Origin: Marsupella aquatica
Lineage: Eukaryota; Plantae; Marchantiophyta
Reading direction: 5' to 3'
Length of the DNA: 64,000 nt
Assembly: GCA_973895155.1 (NCBI GenBank)
Contig: OZ316898.1
Coordinates: 13,295,659 to 13,359,658 of the forward strand
The position numbers and the translations under genes are program-made. Below the pieces are notes generated by a model. It was not told the origin of the DNA, searched no databases, and worked only from the letters and a program-made list of their open reading frames with translations. Below are positions 62,332-64,000 of this stretch, one piece after another (within the stretch, counting starts at the first letter, position 1; each line of letters starts with the position of its first letter).

Positions 62332-64000
62332 TTTTACACACAACGAATAGCTCCTCGTCGGGGAATCGATCATCGATGCAATCCGTGGCAGGTTTACCTG
62401 TGATCCTTGAAAAGAAGTCGGCATTGGCATGTAACTTTCCCGGCTTGATCCTCAGCTCATAGTCAAACTCCTGTAATAGCAAAATCCATCTTGCTACTCT
62501 GCCTGTAAGATCCGCTTATTGACTAGGTACTTCAAACTTTCATGATCAGTATGAAAGATTACCTTGTACCCTAGTAAATAATGCCTAAACTTTTTACAAG
62601 AATAAATGACTCCTAATGCTTCTCTTTCCATGGTAGAGTAGTTCCGTTCGGCATCGACAAGCTGACGGCTTGCGAAGTATATGGGATGGTCCCTTCCTTT
62701 CTCATCCAACTGACTTAGTACTGAGCCAATACAGAAGCCCGAGACATCTACAAAAACATGAAAATCTTTGTTCCAGTCTGGTGCTATCATGACTGGGGCC
62801 TCTACTAACATCTGCTTTAATTCTACCACCGCTGTGACTTGTTCGGGTGTGGGTTCGAAGTCTGCTCCTGCCTTGAGCATATTGGTTAATGGTAAAGCTA
62901 GCTTGGCAAAATCCTTGATGAACCGGCGATAGTAACCAATGCATCCCAAGAAGGATCTTACATCCTTTATGTTCTTAGGTTGCATGATATCTAGCCATAC
63001 TGCTAGCTTACCTTTGTCAATCTCAATGCCCTTCCTTGATACCTTGTGACCTAGTAGCACCCCCTCGGTTACTGCAAAAAAACATTTATCTGGGTGTAAC
63101 TTGAGACCCACCTCTCTACATCTCATGAAGGTTTTCCTGAGGTATTTAGCATGTTTCGATGCCTTCCCGAATACTGCAAAGTCATCAATGAAGATTTCCA
63201 TGAACTTTCTCAAGTAATCATGAAAAATGTTCACCATTAATCGTTGGAACATAGCTGGTGCGTTGCAGAGTCCAAACGGCATACGATTGAAGACATAGAT
63301 CCCCCATTCCGTGATGAAGGCCGTCTTGATTTGGTCTTCCTGCCGAATCCTGATTTGGTTATAACCAGAGTATCCATCCATGAATGAATATAGTTCATGA
63401 CTGGCTACCATGTCTAGTACCATATCAGTAAACGGTAAAGGAAAATGGTCTTTTAATGTTGCTTCATTCAGCTTCCTGTAATCCTGACAAACCCGGATCT
63501 TGGGTTTACCATCGGGTCCAGCTTTCTTGGGAACTATCACAATTGGAGACACCCAGTCTGAATGCAGGACTGGAGTGATGAATCCAGCTTCCACTAGTTT
63601 GTCGATTTCTGTTTTGACCAGCAGGGAATACTTCGGGTTCATCCTTCGAATTGGTTGTCGAAATGATTTGGCTCCTAACATGAGATCAATTCGATGTTCC
63701 CCTAGTGTTGGATCTACTCCCTTTAGATCTTGGTGACTCCATGCAAACACATCCTGAAATTCAATCAATAAGTCACTGATCTCTTTCTCGAGCTCAGGTG
63801 CTAGGTTTCTCCCTAAGTTCAGTTCTCTTCCCTCTCCTAAGTCGAGCTTCCGATATTGCCGTGCTTGGATCATATTAATCTGCTTCTTCAAATTCGGGTC
63901 CAGTTCGGCTTCCAGTCTCTCTAATCTCATACCTCCATAAACTGGGATCTCGGCTGGACTAGCCGAGTCGGTCCCTTCCTTGGTGTCCATAGATTGTCCC
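62332..64000 (-). pseudogene. pol: Ty3/Gypsy pol fragment (RT plus RNase H; integrase missing)
   Basis: RVCQDYRKLN, DGYSGYNQI, MPFGLCNAP and FIDD RT motifs. DVSG, EREALG and TDH RNase H motifs. Frameshift at about 62510, then ARWILLLQEFD..NADFFSR. Confidence 0.93.

Overview
Eukaryotic, almost entirely transposon-derived DNA. It is most likely from a non-seed land plant; this is an inference from the style of the Gypsy pol and DUF7869-type transposases. No ordinary host gene, rRNA, tRNA or CRISPR array was seen. The window resolves into nested insertions, most bounded by terminal repeats and target-site duplications (TSDs). (1) A giant TIR DNA transposon at 34398-52945 (25-bp TIRs, 4-bp TSD AAGG, about 13 kb without nested inserts) is inserted into the transposase gene of a relative (34298-55825). 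It carries a DUF7869/Sola-like DDE transposase on the minus strand. Head-to-head with this is a multi-exon cargo gene with ParB-like, beta-class amino-(N4C/N6A) DNA methyltransferase-like and FCP1/NIF HAD-phosphatase-like regions. A 17-bp palindrome CTCGAGATNATCTCGAG recurs about 19 times along this element only. (2) Two divergent families of 4-5 kb TG...CA elements have 5-bp TSDs and no internal LTR pair (apparent solo LTRs), yet each encodes a long Transposase_32-like plus coiled-coil protein. Family A lies at 2886-19640, 6198-18360 and 41279-46427; family G at 57267-61223. (3) Non-coding solo LTRs: B (two copies), C, and D (two copies). (4) Several MITE families, including one with CAC..GTG ends and a 5-bp TSD. 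(5) A truncated Gypsy pol, an orphan chromodomain and a second degraded DUF7869 transposase. Domain calls are by-eye motif recognition and have not been confirmed by search.
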